A stretch of DNA of 64,000 nt, taken from contig NC_043004.1 of the NCBI RefSeq assembly GCF_006345805.1, positions 33,232,001-33,296,000 of the forward strand, read 5' to 3'. Source of the DNA: Octopus sinensis. Its lineage: Eukaryota. The position numbers were made by a program, and so were the translations under genes. A model generated the notes under the pieces. It did no database searches, had not been told where the DNA came from, and was given only the letters and a program-made list of their open reading frames with translations. Positions 1 to 11,447 of the stretch are shown here, one piece after another (within the stretch, counting starts at the first letter, position 1; every line of letters starts with the position of its first letter).

Positions 1-277
1 AATTGAATCCGTGTGTGGGTTTATTATTATTATTGGCATAATGACCCTCCAAATACACAACAAAATTTGTTTCATTACATCCAGCTTCTTCCAAACCAAG
101 TACCAAAAAAAAAAACCAAGTAAAATAGAGTTTGTCTCCAAACACAATTCTTCTTTCTTTGCTGTCATTGGACAAGTTTAAAAAGTCTTAAGACAGAATA
201 ATATCACTAAACGCAGCAATTTTTTTCACTCTTCCTTCGATTCTTACAGACCCCTCCTGCATTAGCACGAGAAACCT

Positions 278-420
278 TTACTGAGAGCTGTCCTTCAGGG
301 AGTTGAGAAGACTCTCAGTGACTAGAGAAATGTCTTTGAGTAGTTTTTCTAAAACATGTAACATCTTCACTGCTTCTTGGAACAAATGAGATTAGCTGCT
401 TGAGATTGGTTTTATCTAAG
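278..420 (-). pseudogene. Candidate terminal coding exon of an unidentified minus-strand gene (needs one 1-bp correction)
   Basis: Acceptor tcaactttgttttattacag|C at 420. Removing one T from the TTT run (+ strand aaa 384-386) gives LDKTNLKQLISLFQEAVKMLHVLEKLLKDISLVTESLLNSLKDSSQ* (TAA 280-278). The phase-2 start matches the phase-2 end of the 14157-14238 candidate exon. Confidence 0.35.
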
Positions 421-1149
421 CTGTAATAAAACAAAGTTGAGTATGTGCATATTATATTTGCAGTGTGTATGTGTGTGTGTGTGAGAAAGAGTATGTATAC
501 GTACATATGAGTATGTGCGTTACATGCCGGCTGATGTCTATGATAAAGTGCCTGTCAATGCGAATTTCTAAGTACATGTGATCGTAATTATATAAAGCGA
601 GAAAGTATGTGTGTGTGTGTGTGTGTATGTGTGTGTGTGTAAGTTTTAATGACTTTATAAAAGAGTTATGTTATTAGAGAATGCATGCTTATGAATTTTG
701 ATAAATAACCATTTGTTATTAAATAAATATGTATGAGAATGTGGAGATATGGAAGGAGATGCAGAGAAATAGGGATGGAACTGAAGTGAAGACCATGCCA
801 ATAAGATTTCTATTACTGCATCAAACTACAAGAGAAGACAAATGCAACACTACAAACTATCAAACATTCATCAATTATTTAGTGCTTCCACTGCTGACTG
901 TAGCTAAAGCACATCACCTTCTGGTTTCTACACACAGTCATTGAGGATTAAACATCTGGACTATTGATACGGAACAGTTCTTTAGTTCTTTATTATATTA
1001 AACTTTTCCAAGGTAAAAGTTGATAATGACTTTGAAGTTCCAACTTGCTCACCTTCATCAGACATTCTAAATATTTAATAAGCTTCTGTACAGATTGAGT
1101 AATCCTTTAGTTTCATGTTAAATTGGATTTATATATATTGTATATATAT

Positions 1150-2127
1150 ATAGGAAAGGAAAAAATAATAACAATAAGGCAGAATGCTAAACTGAAAGCA
1201 AATTTTGATATAATTGAGTGTAAGAAAGATTAAAAAGGATTTCAAACAGACTTTCATTGCATGGCAAATTTTCAGGATAAGAAAGGGGGGAAAAAATTAT
1301 GTTTTTTTCGAAAAAACAATAAATATATACAAAAATAAATAAATAGATATACCAATACATCATAGTGTCTTTAAGCTTTTAAAGTTCAATTGTATTCCAT
1401 GGAAAAACTTGTTTGAAGGATTAGGATGCATGTGTTTTAGAGTAGTGTTTTGTTTGAGAAGGTTGGATGTTTATATTTACCAAGTGACAAAGATATCTTT
1501 TTTCTTTTAATATTTTTGCTTGGTTTTTGACAGATGTATTGGGGTAGGAGTTATCCAGTGCCTGTGGATAAGGGGAGACAATTCTGTGGGTTTTATACCC
1601 TTTAATTGGAATGTAGGATTTTTTTGTCAACAGGATGCTTATGTTTGTTCTTAGAAATACAAGTAACAAATATATTTGTATTTAATTAGGTAGGCTAGAA
1701 AAAGGAATACGTGAAGTTTGCATATTAAGGAGTGTTTGGAATTTTTCAGTAAAAAGATTCTCCTTGTTGATTCTTTTTTGTGTAGAGATTCTGTCTTTAC
1801 ATTGATAGAAAGGGAATATAAGAAATTTGGGACTTTTATTTCTTGTGCAAGAGTCTATGTGGCCACTGAGTAGAATTTGACAGTATTGTGGGAGATTTAT
1901 CTGTTCTTTATGGACTGCTACTCTTTTGCATAAAGGAAGGCTTACCTGTCTGATATAATTGTGTTGGCAACCTGCGCATGTAAGGAAGTAAATGATGTTC
2001 TCAGAGGAACAAGAGAAGTTGGTCTTGATTTTAAACTTTGTTCCTTGTTTGTAAGTAAATGAAAAACAAACAATGCACATACACGAAATTAAAAATATAA
2101 AACGATGACAATTTACCAATTGCACCT
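1150..2127 (-). mobile_element. Penelope-like element remnant (GIY-YIG endonuclease and 3' region)
   Basis: ORF 1682-2125 contains FSCSSENIIYFLTCAGCQHNYIRQVSLPLCKRVAVHKEQI...GHIDSC...RINKENLFTEKFQTLLN, matching the PLE GIY-YIG domain with its CxxC/H/H motif (YIG decayed to YIR). Bounded by (TA)n at both ends. Confidence 0.85.
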
Positions 2128-2775
2128 TCTATATATATATATATTTATAAACATAATAATAATAATATTAGGGAGTATAACTCCAAACTTACAGGGAAAA
2201 ATTCAATTTAGTATTAAATCAAATTTCACAGTATAAATATATGAAATATAAATTAGAGATAAAATTACTATTATGCAATTCAATTTATATTTATAAACAT
2301 ATATATATTTATAAAGATTCCATAAAATGGAGCCAAACCTGAAACCATTTGGTTGGGAAATCAACATCTTCTCCAAAACATGGATAACCATTTATGTACA
2401 TACATTATGCATGTGTAAGTATGTCCACATTTGTATTCATTACTGTGCTTGAGTTTGTTGCATCACCATCAATGGAAAAAAATACATCTGTCAAAAACAA
2501 AGCAGAAATATAAAAAGAAAAAAAGATATCTTTGTCACTTGGTAAATATAAATTCTTCAAATAAGAACTAAACCAAAATAAATGCTGGGTTCCATGTGAT
2601 TACCGAAACCCATGAGGGTAGTGCTCCAGCATGGTCGTAGTCAAATGATTGAAAGCAGAAAGAGAATAAGAGTGAATCCGTTCTATGTTGTAATGGTTTC
2701 CTTTGATTCCTGGTCTAAAGGGCAATATTCTACATACAACACTTACAGGGCTTCTTGGTCAAAGTATTAACACTG

Positions 2776-2808
<33 letters not shown>

Positions 2809-2902
2809 ACACACACACACCACACACACACACTCATGCACACACACACACACACACTCATGCACACACACATACACACACACACATACATGCAAATACA
2901 CA

Positions 2903-3052
2903 CACACGTATATGCATAGACATTGAAGCATTCACTCATTGACACACACAAATAGATATGTATGTACACACACACACACACACACGTATATGCATACGCA
3001 TCAAAGCATTCACTCATGGACACACACAAATAGATACGTATGTACACACACA
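2903..3052 (+). repeat. Tandem duplication of a ~75-bp unit within (CA)n
   Basis: acacacgtatatgcat...aagcattcactcat.gacacacacaaatagata.gtatgtacaca occurs twice in a row. Confidence 0.8.
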
Positions 3053-3054
3053 CA

Positions 3055-3278
3055 GAGTAATCCCTCACCAAATCGTGGTTCACCTATCATGTTTATTATT
3101 TAAGCTTACGTTGATTCCCCCGTAGTGTTGTTTTGCATTTATAATAAAATAAATATACACAAATTATAAAAATATTAAAAAAACATATACAGTACAGTAC
3201 TGTTTCTACATCACGGATTTTCACCTATCGAGTGGTGGGGGTTGGAACATAACACTCGTGATAGTCGAGGGATTACTG
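3055..3278. mobile_element. Tc1/mariner-pogo type MITE, short copy
   Basis: Termini gagtaatccctc (3055) and gagggattactg|ta (3278). Same family as 62170-63569, in opposite orientation. Confidence 0.75.
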
Positions 3279-3423
3279 TAAATACACACACACACACACA
3301 CACTAAGTCGTAGTAACACATATACTAATACACATTTATATGCACTTATTTCAGATGCATACCAACACAATCACACACATACATACACACCCACATACTC
3401 AAGTGATTTTGCAGGAACCCATC

Positions 3424-3830
3424 TTTTTTTACTTGCTTCAGTCATTTGACTGCGGCCATGCTGGAGCACCACCTTTAGTCGAGCAAATCGACCCCGGGAC
3501 TTATTCTTTGTAAGCCCAGTACTTATTCTATCAGTCTCTTTTTGCCGAACTGCTAAGTGACAGGGATGTAAACACACCAGCATTGGTTGTCAAGCGATGG
3601 TGGGGGAACAAACACAGACACACAAACATATACACGCACATACATATATATATATATACATATATACGACAGGCTTCTTTCAGTTTCCGTCTACCAAATC
3701 CACTCACAATGCATTGGTCGGCCTGAGGCTATAGCAGAAAACACTTGTCCAAGATGCCACGCAGTGGGACTGAACCCGGAACCGTGTGGTTGGTAAGCAA
3801 GCTACTTACCACACAGCCACTCCTGTGCCT
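3424..3830 (-). mobile_element. SINE family A (tRNA-like head, CORE-like ttgggcaagtgtctt, internal microsatellite, (AAAGAGT)n tail)
   Basis: Minus strand reads aggcacaggagTGGCTGTGTGGtaag...ccgGGTTCAGTCCCactgcg (A and B boxes); same structure as the other copies in the window. Confidence 0.9.
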
Positions 3831-4084
3831 TAGGTGTTACGTTCCAACCCCCACCACTCGATAGGTGAAAATCCGTTCACACTTACATACAAAATTATTC
3901 ACAGACAAACGTTTGTGTGTACACTAACACATATTTGTATGTACTACAATGACCAAACACACCTATGTGCACACATACACAAATAATTTTGCAGGTACCC
4001 AAATTCTTCACACACTTTTCTATGTAACTACACAATTACCCACAGACATGCATTCTAAACGCATACTTAAGCATTCTTAAATGT

Positions 4085-4490
4085 AAGCTACAAACACACA
4101 CTGACACATACACACACACGTGCACATACAGACATGCGTACACACACGCACGCACACACACATACACACACACTGACACACACATGTACACACACAGACA
4201 TGCATACACACACGCACACTGAAACACATCATGTTAATACATATACAAAAGACACACACACACACATACACACACACGTACACACACAGACATGCGCACA
4301 CACACAGACATGCGTACACACACACACACTGAAACACATGCTAATATTTATACAAAAGACACTGACACACTGACACACACACAAACACACACAGACATGC
4401 GTACACACACACACGCACGCACACACACTGAAACACACCATGTTAATACTTATACAAAAGACAGACACACTGACACACTGACACACACAC
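4085..4490 (+). repeat. CA-rich minisatellite (~105-bp unit, 3 copies)
   Basis: cacactgaaacac...tgttaata...tatacaaaagaca recurs near 4215, 4325 and 4425. Confidence 0.75.
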
Positions 4491-4904
4491 ACACAAACTC
4501 AAAAGCACACAGACCCATGTAGCCACATGCTAACATTCCACCCCACCTGCACACCTTCCCACCTGTCCACCTGCCCACCTGCCCACTTGCCACCCCTTCT
4601 ATCAATCACTTTAGTAGCATAATGGCTACTGGTGGTACGTTTTCCTTGTAAATCATCAACACCTGTAGAAAAGCACTTGATTTACTGCCATGCTTGGTCA
4701 GTGACAATTCCTCGGCCTCACTTAATTCTCTTGAAGTCAAAGTGCTGCTCACATCAATCAAACTGTACAGTTTACAATTAATCTCGCCTGTTATAATTAA
4801 TCCGTTTCCATGTGTGCATTACAATTTATCTGGTTTCCATGTGTTGGAATTAATTCTAGCGGCTTGTCATAATGTAGCTAACTTGTAGCTGAATAATATA
4901 ACCA

Positions 4905-5577
4905 ACGCCACCACCACCACCACCACCACACCATCACCACCACCATCACTACCACCACCACCAATACCAACACCACCACCATCACCACTACCACCACCAA
5001 CACCACCACTACCAACACCATCACCACTACCACCACCACCATCACCATCACCATCACCGCTACCACCACCACCATCACTTCTGCCGCCACCACCACCACC
5101 ATCACTTCTGCCGCCACCACCACCACCAACACCATCACCACCACCATCACTACCACCACCAACACCACCAATACCACCACCACCACCACCATCACCACTA
5201 CCACCACCACCACCACCATCACTTCCGCTGCCGCCACTACCATCACCACCACCACCACCAATACCACCACCACCATCACCACTACCACCACCACCACCAC
5301 CGCAGCTGCTGCTGCTACTGCTACTACTACCACTACTGAGCTTCTATTGCTTATATACAAAATACACAAGAAAAAAGGAACAGCAAAACAATATTCTTGC
5401 TGTTGTTGCTGTCGTTATTGCTGTTGTTGTTATTGTTGTTCCTGTTGTTTGTTGTTGTTGTTGTTGCTATTGCAGCTTGGTGCATGCATCAAGTATGCGA
5501 GTCATGAGTTGCAATGTCGAATTTGTTGTTGCTGTTGTTGGTGATGTTTTTATTCTTGCTACAACAGCTTCTGCATC

Positions 5578-5619
<42 letters not shown>

Positions 5620-5660
5620 GCTGTCTTGTCAACAATTCATATTGTATGTATTTTTGTTGT
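4905..5660. repeat. Degenerate (ACC)n, (TGT)n and (CTA)n trinucleotide arrays
   Basis: Directly visible; source of the poly-Val and poly-Thr ORFs. Confidence 0.95.
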
Positions 5661-5843
5661 TATTGTTGCTCTTGTGTTAAGTCCCAAATCCTGGTTATAC
5701 GTATTCCTGGTTGAAGGAGTTTAATTAGCATCTTTTTTTAGGGAAATAACAATGTCACAACATCCTTTTCTTCTTTCAGGCTTCTTGGATAATTTTTCAA
5801 AATTTGCATTTATCTTTTCTTCACTTTAGATTTCTTTATTTAT

Positions 5844-6612
5844 GAAAAGACCAGATTCCAGGAATTAGAATTCACCCGTGGACACGTTTACAAAGTCAGA
5901 AAACAGCACAGCTCCCATGAATTTCGGAAACATTTTTTCACACTAAGAGTTGCAGAATCATGGAACAAACTGCCGGCATCAGTTGTTAGTTGTCGGAGCA
6001 CTGCATCCTTCAAAACCTCCATGCTTCCTGAGATTCGTCAACACTACACCTGATTTTCTCCCCTCCATACACACGCAAGCATGTATCTGACTCATACACA
6101 TCTTTTACTCTTTTACTTGTTTTAGTCATTTGACTGCGGCCATGCTGGAGCACCGCCTTTAATCGAGCAACTCGACCCCGGGACTTATTCTTTTGTAAGC
6201 CCAGTACTTATTCTATCGGTCTCTTTTGCCGAACTGCGAAGTGATGGTGACGCAAACACACCAGCATCGGTTGTCAAGCAATGCTAGGGGGACAAACACA
6301 CACATGCATATATATATACATATATACGACGGGCTTCTTTCAGTTTCCATCTACCAAATCCACTCACAAGGCTTTGGTTGGCCCGAGGCTATAGTAGAAG
6401 ACACTTGCCCAAGGTGCCACGCAGTGGGACTGAACCTGGAACCATGTGGTTCATAAGCAAGCTACTTACCACACAGCCACTCCTGCGCCTATACTTTCAC
6501 TGTTCACTTTCCAGACATTTGTACATTACTGCATATTCTTTATATGCACTTTTGACAAGTTGTGGTGCACCTGAACACTGTATGCAATAATTTCATTATT
6601 ATTATTATTATT
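5844..6612 (+). mobile_element. 3' end of a CR1/L2-group LINE, interrupted by SINE A at 6103-6490
   Basis: 5874-6053 translates TRGHVYKVRKQHSSHEFRKHFFTLRVAESWNKLPASVVSCRSTASFKTSMLPEIRQHYT*, a CR1-type ORF2 C-terminus. The 3'UTR resumes at ~6491 and ends in (ATT)n. Confidence 0.85.
6103..6490 (-). mobile_element. SINE family A
   Basis: Full-length, same structure as 3424-3830. Confidence 0.9.
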
Positions 6613-7080
6613 TGAATCCCCCCAGCCATAAAAACGAGGCCAAAATAAACAGCAGAGCTTAGCACAATCTTCTGACTTCCAACTCCTGTCAAACCATCCA
6701 ACCCATGCCAGCGTGGGAAACAGACGTTAAAAGATGAAGATGATAATGATGATGACGATAAACCCAACGAGAAGAATATCTTCCTGATACCTCTTAACAT
6801 TGAATACACTGCTAATCTTAACATGTTTTAAGTTATTAATGCTTTCCTTTATTACTGTAATAATTATTGCTTCTCGTTAGTAAAGTTATTTCCTGCACAA
6901 TGACCAAAATGACCGCTGTAGCCATTGTGGTCAATTCAGTCACAATGTTCCCTTCAGTAATGAATTTTGATTCTCATTTTTGGTTGCTGCTCTACTGACA
7001 GCTTTTCAGTTTAACAAAGCAAATAAACATCCCTGATGATTTGGCTAAACACAGCTTTTAAATTAATTTAATTTAAATTA

Positions 7081-7476
7081 CTCTCTTACTTGTTTCAGTT
7101 ATTTGACTGTGGCCATGCTGGAGCACTGCCTTTAGTTGAGCTAATCGACCCCAGGACTTATTCTTTGTAAGCCTAGTACTTATTCTATCGGTCTATTTTG
7201 CCAAACCGCTAAGTTACGGGGACATAAACACATCAAGCAATGTTGGTGGGGGGAGGGACAAACACAGACACATAAACATATACACACACATGCATATATA
7301 TATATGTACATATATATATGACAGGCTTCTTTCAGTTTCCGTCTACCAAATCCACTCACAAGGCTTTGGTTGGCCTGAGTGAGGCTATAGTAGAAGACAC
7401 TTGCCCAAGGTGCCTCACAGTGGGACTGAACCCAGAACCATGTGGTTCGTAAGCAAGCTACTTACCACACAGCCAT
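7081..7476 (-). mobile_element. SINE family A
   Basis: Same structure, 5' few bases missing. Confidence 0.9.
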
Positions 7477-7636
7477 AATTAATTATTTCTTGCAGTTATA
7501 TAATTATACATTTAATGATGTTTAACCTAATGAAACAGCTGTTGAACTCAAGGTATGAACTATATGTGAAATTTATGCTTTTCTGCTTTTATTCTAAATA
7601 TGTTACCCTTAAAAACCATTATTTACATTACTTAAA

Positions 7637-7785
7637 TTATTTACATTTGACGGATATTTATCCTCATCTTATTTGTTGTTAACACAATGTTTTGGCTGAT
7701 ATACCCTCCAGCCTTCATCAGGTGTCTTGGGGAAATTTCAAACCTGGGTTCTCATTCCTATTTTTCAATGTTGTTGTTATTATTA

Positions 7786-7827
<42 letters not shown>

Positions 7828-7896
7828 TCACCGCCTGGAATCAAACTCAGAATCTTGGGGTTCATAGCCCATGCTCTTAACCACTACGTCATATGC
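7637..7896 (-). mobile_element. tRNA-headed element with (AAT)n linker and hammerhead-type 3' module (family H1)
   Basis: Minus strand: GCATATGACGTAGTGGTTAAGAGC...GAGTTTGATTCCAGG (decayed A and B boxes), then (AAT)n, then gacac-CTGATGA-a-ggctg-(10 nt)-cagcc-AAAA-CATT-gtgtt. A second copy of the 3' module lies at 63887-64000. Confidence 0.75.
7681..7726 (-). ncRNA. Minimal hammerhead ribozyme motif, decayed (GAAA to AAAA, CGTT to CATT)
   Basis: Stem I gacac/gtgtt and stem II ggctg/cagcc with CUGAUGA intact; both lesions fall at positions that are CpG in the 63931-63976 copy. Confidence 0.7.
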
Positions 7897-8055
7897 AAGA
7901 TGAAGACATCTGTCAAATGTAAATAATGTACATAATTCTTCATCTCTTAAATATAGAATTGTCTTAAAAACCAGTTTAGCGGATTATTCATATACCCATG
8001 CCTGTTGGTCCCACCTGGATTTAGTGCAGTGTAATCATGCCCAGAAAGTTTGTTG

Positions 8056-9200
8056 TAAACATTTTTGCCATGGGAAAATTTACCATAGCAAAATTTGCTG
8101 TAAGAAATTTTGCTGTATGGACAACGATGGAGTGTATTCCATCAACAGTTTTGAAAATAAAAAAAATGAGAATGATAAAAGATTTCATAAAAGCATTAAA
8201 TAGGCAAGTTTTTAATAAATGTTGAATATAAAAAAAAGCATGATGAGGTCATTTAAAATGAATGAAAATTCCAAGCAATGCTTCACAAATAATGAAATAA
8301 TGTACTTTTTGCTGTGGATCGTTTTGAAGCATCTGTCTCTGAAGTCTTGCATTAATATTGTTACACCCTTTTTTTTCCATCTCTGCTGCTTCTCCTTCAT
8401 CTAAATCACATTCTTTCTTTCTCACTAAACTTTCTTCCTTTTTCAAATAACTTACGAGTTTCCAGGTATTTTAATGGATTTTAGTAATAAAGATTTGAAT
8501 TGCATTGAGAAAGCTTTCTAGATTATTGTTTATTCTGATCATATTATTCAGATTTCTTTTAGTTAAAAAAAATGCTGGTATAATATGCTTTTTCATTGTC
8601 ATACGAGTTTTATCATGGACAGGGCGGCTAACCGGCTTCCGTGCCAGTGACACTTAGAAGGCACCATTCGAGCGTAATTGTTACCAGCGTCACCTTACTG
8701 GCACTCGAGCCCCGTGCAAGTAGGGTATTAAGAGCACCATCCGAACATGATCATTGCCAGAGCGGCTATCTGGCCTCCATGCTGATGGCATGTAAAAGAC
8801 ACCATTCGAGCGTGATCATTACCAGCATCGCCTTACTGGCACCTGTGCTGGTGGCATGTGTAAAAGATTCAAGCGAGGTTGTTGCCAGTACTGCCTGACT
8901 GGCCCTGTGCCGATGGCATGTAAAAGCACCCACTACACTCTCGGAGTGGTTGACGTTATGAAGGGCATCCAGCTGTAGAAACTCTGCCAGATCAAGATTG
9001 AGGCCTGGCGCAGCCATCCGGTTTACCAGCCCTCAGTCAATCATCCAACCCATGCTAGCATGGAAAGCAGATGTTAAACGATGATGATGATGATGATGAT
9101 GATGATATGGAGGATTTGTCGTGTGGCAAATTTTCCTAAATGGCAAAATTTCTTACAGCGACTGTCTCTTCAGCAAATTTTCTCATGGCAAAAATGTTTA
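8056..9200 (-). mobile_element. Mutator-like (MULE) deletion derivative with sub-repeated inverted termini
   Basis: The outer 17 bp are a perfect inverted repeat (taaacatttttgccatg), followed by ~15-bp aaattt..c subrepeats. About 8270-8560 (minus) reads IRINNNLESFLNAIQIFITKIH*NTWKLVSYLKKEESLVRKK...NARLQRQ, resembling the animal MULE transposase C-terminal RTNNxxExxHN...HPNIWK..LKKEE region. No TSD found. Confidence 0.7.
8630..9107 (+). mobile_element. RTE LINE 3'UTR fragment (family C) with tandem ~60-bp units and (GAT)n tail, nested in the MULE
   Basis: Repeated ggca..taaaa.gcaccattcgag.g units, then agggcatccagctgtagaaac...ccaacccatgctagcatggaaagcagatgttaaacgatgatgat. Confidence 0.85.
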
Positions 9201-9244
9201 TGCTCTTAATTATTGTTGATGTATTTTTCGATGTCTATACATGC

Positions 9245-9530
9245 GGCTGCTTCAATTTCTGCATGAAACCAGATCCTGACCGTGGTTTACCCCAGCATGT
9301 GGTGAAACTTAATGCCGTATTGTAATTACAAATATCTTGACAAAGTTCAGAGCCGGTTTGAGTCAAATTCCATAATTTCATAGATTTGAAGCAGCTGGTG
9401 TTTCTTCATTTGAACAACAAAGCAAAAACTTTGGGTTTTTTTATACAGGTGAGTCATTTTTCAGCTCTTTTATCCATAACTATGACTGCATTGAAAACAA
9501 ATCATCCCTACAACATAACAGATGTCTCCC
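9245..9530 (-). pseudogene. Helitron Rep/Hel N-terminal Zn-finger-like remnant
   Basis: Across frameshifts: GMICFQC..LWIKELKNDSPV*KNPKFLLCCSNE and ELCQDICNYNTALSFTT, resembling the Helitron C..C.A.xW..E...NPKF.LCC.NG and NIRxYNxAFxFTS motifs. Matched from memory only. Confidence 0.5.
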
Positions 9531-9839
9531 CACTTGAAGGAAATCTTCTTCAGAATAAATCTCAGCTCCCTTTCATCTTTCCGGAAAAAAACATTATTCA
9601 GTGCGATGAAAAGATAGTTCCACTGATACCTTAACGAACATGAATTCCTTTGATACAGGTGCATTTCCTTGAGAAAATGCAATTGTATTTATAAACTTAG
9701 CATTTGAGCAATGCATGTCTTCATTAGCGTTTACCATTTGCTTTTGCTCATGTCAAGATTCTCAAATTGTTTCCTCTTCTCCATTTCTGTTTTTGCTTTT
9801 CTCCTTTTGTCTCCGTCTCTTTATAAACCATAAGGAGCA

Positions 9840-9890
9840 GAATAATAATAATAATAATAATAAAATAATAATAATATAATAATAATATAA

Positions 9891-9937
<47 letters not shown>

Positions 9938-10008
9938 TAAAAATAATAATAATAATAATAAAAATAAAATAATAATAATATAATAATAATAATAATAATA
10001 ATAATAGC
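9840..10008. repeat. (AAT)n array
   Basis: Directly visible. Confidence 0.95.
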
Positions 10009-10232
10009 AATTGGTGCACTTGGAGGTATAGGCACTCAACTACCAGCATAGTGAAAAAGATTGGTGCAAGTGTGAAGATAGAACACATGCAAAAATCAGC
10101 ATTGCTTGGAACTGCAAGAATTCTTCACAGGGTTTTTGAAGCATGACCAGTAAACAAGTGTCACCTTAGTCTGCTGGCTGTGGACAGCTGACACTTACCA
10201 TCATACCCAGAAAAAAAGCTGTTAGTTTTCAT
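10008..10232 (+). mobile_element. 3' end of an RLE-type LINE (R4/Dong-like) embedded in (AAT)n
   Basis: AIGALGGIG.../KKIGASVKIEHMQKSALLGTARILHRVFEA* matches the IGALG...QKxALLGTARIL C-terminus of R4/Dong-like elements; (AAT)n on both sides. Confidence 0.75.
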
Positions 10233-10274
10233 ATAATAATAATGATAATAATAATAATAATAATTATATCAAAA

Positions 10275-10737
10275 ATGGGCTACAGCAAATATTCTGCTCA
10301 ATACCACTGATTTGCTTGTCAGTTGTTTGACCTTAACCAGTTGATCATGTCCCTTAGTGACTGACGATATGTGCATATCTGATCATGAGCAGAAGTAGTG
10401 GGGGAGCATCATAGCCATGTGTTGAGAGGAATTCTTTGGGGTTTGAATAATTCACCTCTGGAAACATGGGTGTTTCATTCAACATCCTTAAACAAGCCTT
10501 ATTCAGGGACCTTTTGAGCGGAATGGGCTACTCGACCAGAAGAAAATTCTAACTGGGCCCCACCAGCAAGGCCATGCGGTGTTTATCTTGATATGCGACC
10601 ACCATGTTGCACACATATGGTTGTGATGCATGTGGCCTGGTGTATTCTTATCAGACGGGTTGTCATGATAGATGTACTGGGCTTCATATATTTTACCCCT
10701 GTGTCACTTTGATGGCATGCACTGCTCTCTCACTCAA
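10275..10737. mobile_element. Unclassified interspersed element flanked by (AAT)n
   Basis: A ~460-bp block richer in GC than its flanks, sharply bounded by AAT arrays; no ORF or Pol III boxes recognised. Confidence 0.4.
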
Positions 10738-10752
10738 TAATAATAATAATAA

Positions 10753-10784
<32 letters not shown>

Positions 10785-10804
10785 TAATAATAATAATAAT
10801 AATA

Positions 10805-10839
<35 letters not shown>

Positions 10840-11383
10840 TATTATCCTTTTGGTATTGAAGTGTCTTCATCTCTTCTTTTCCCCCCTTTTCTTCTTTGCA
10901 AAGTTCCTTCTTTATCTATGATATATATGTATAGCAAAAATGCTAACAAGACAAACAAATGGCAGCTGTCTAGAATATGTATTACAACGTGTACTAATAG
11001 TTAATTATATCTGTTAACAGAGTATTGTTGGTTAAAACAAAACTGTCTACCCGAGCTGCTGTGATTCAAATATGGGTGCAGTCATAAAAGAAGTTTTCTC
11101 TGGAGAGAAAATAAAAAACTAAAAAAAACAACAAAAAAAAACGGCATTCACCAGAAAGAAATTATCTTTATAGAACAAAAGCAACATGCTGAAAAGATGA
11201 ATGGATTTCGGTTCTGATGGAATATATTATATGCCGAATATATAAATATAGGAAAACCTGCAAATAAAATGTAAGTAATATTCTTGGTAACAAAATATCA
11301 AAGTAAATCATTTCAATTCTAGATATTCCACCCATCAACTGACACACACTCACACATACACACACACACACACACCACACACA

Positions 11384-11414
<31 letters not shown>

Positions 11415-11416
11415 CA

Positions 11417-11447
<31 letters not shown>

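Noticed and set aside
1030-1066. Isolated CTGATGAAG motifs (also ~21254, ~30481 and ~36539)
   Set aside because: No correctly placed stem II plus GAAA; a 7-mer is expected by chance in 64 kb.
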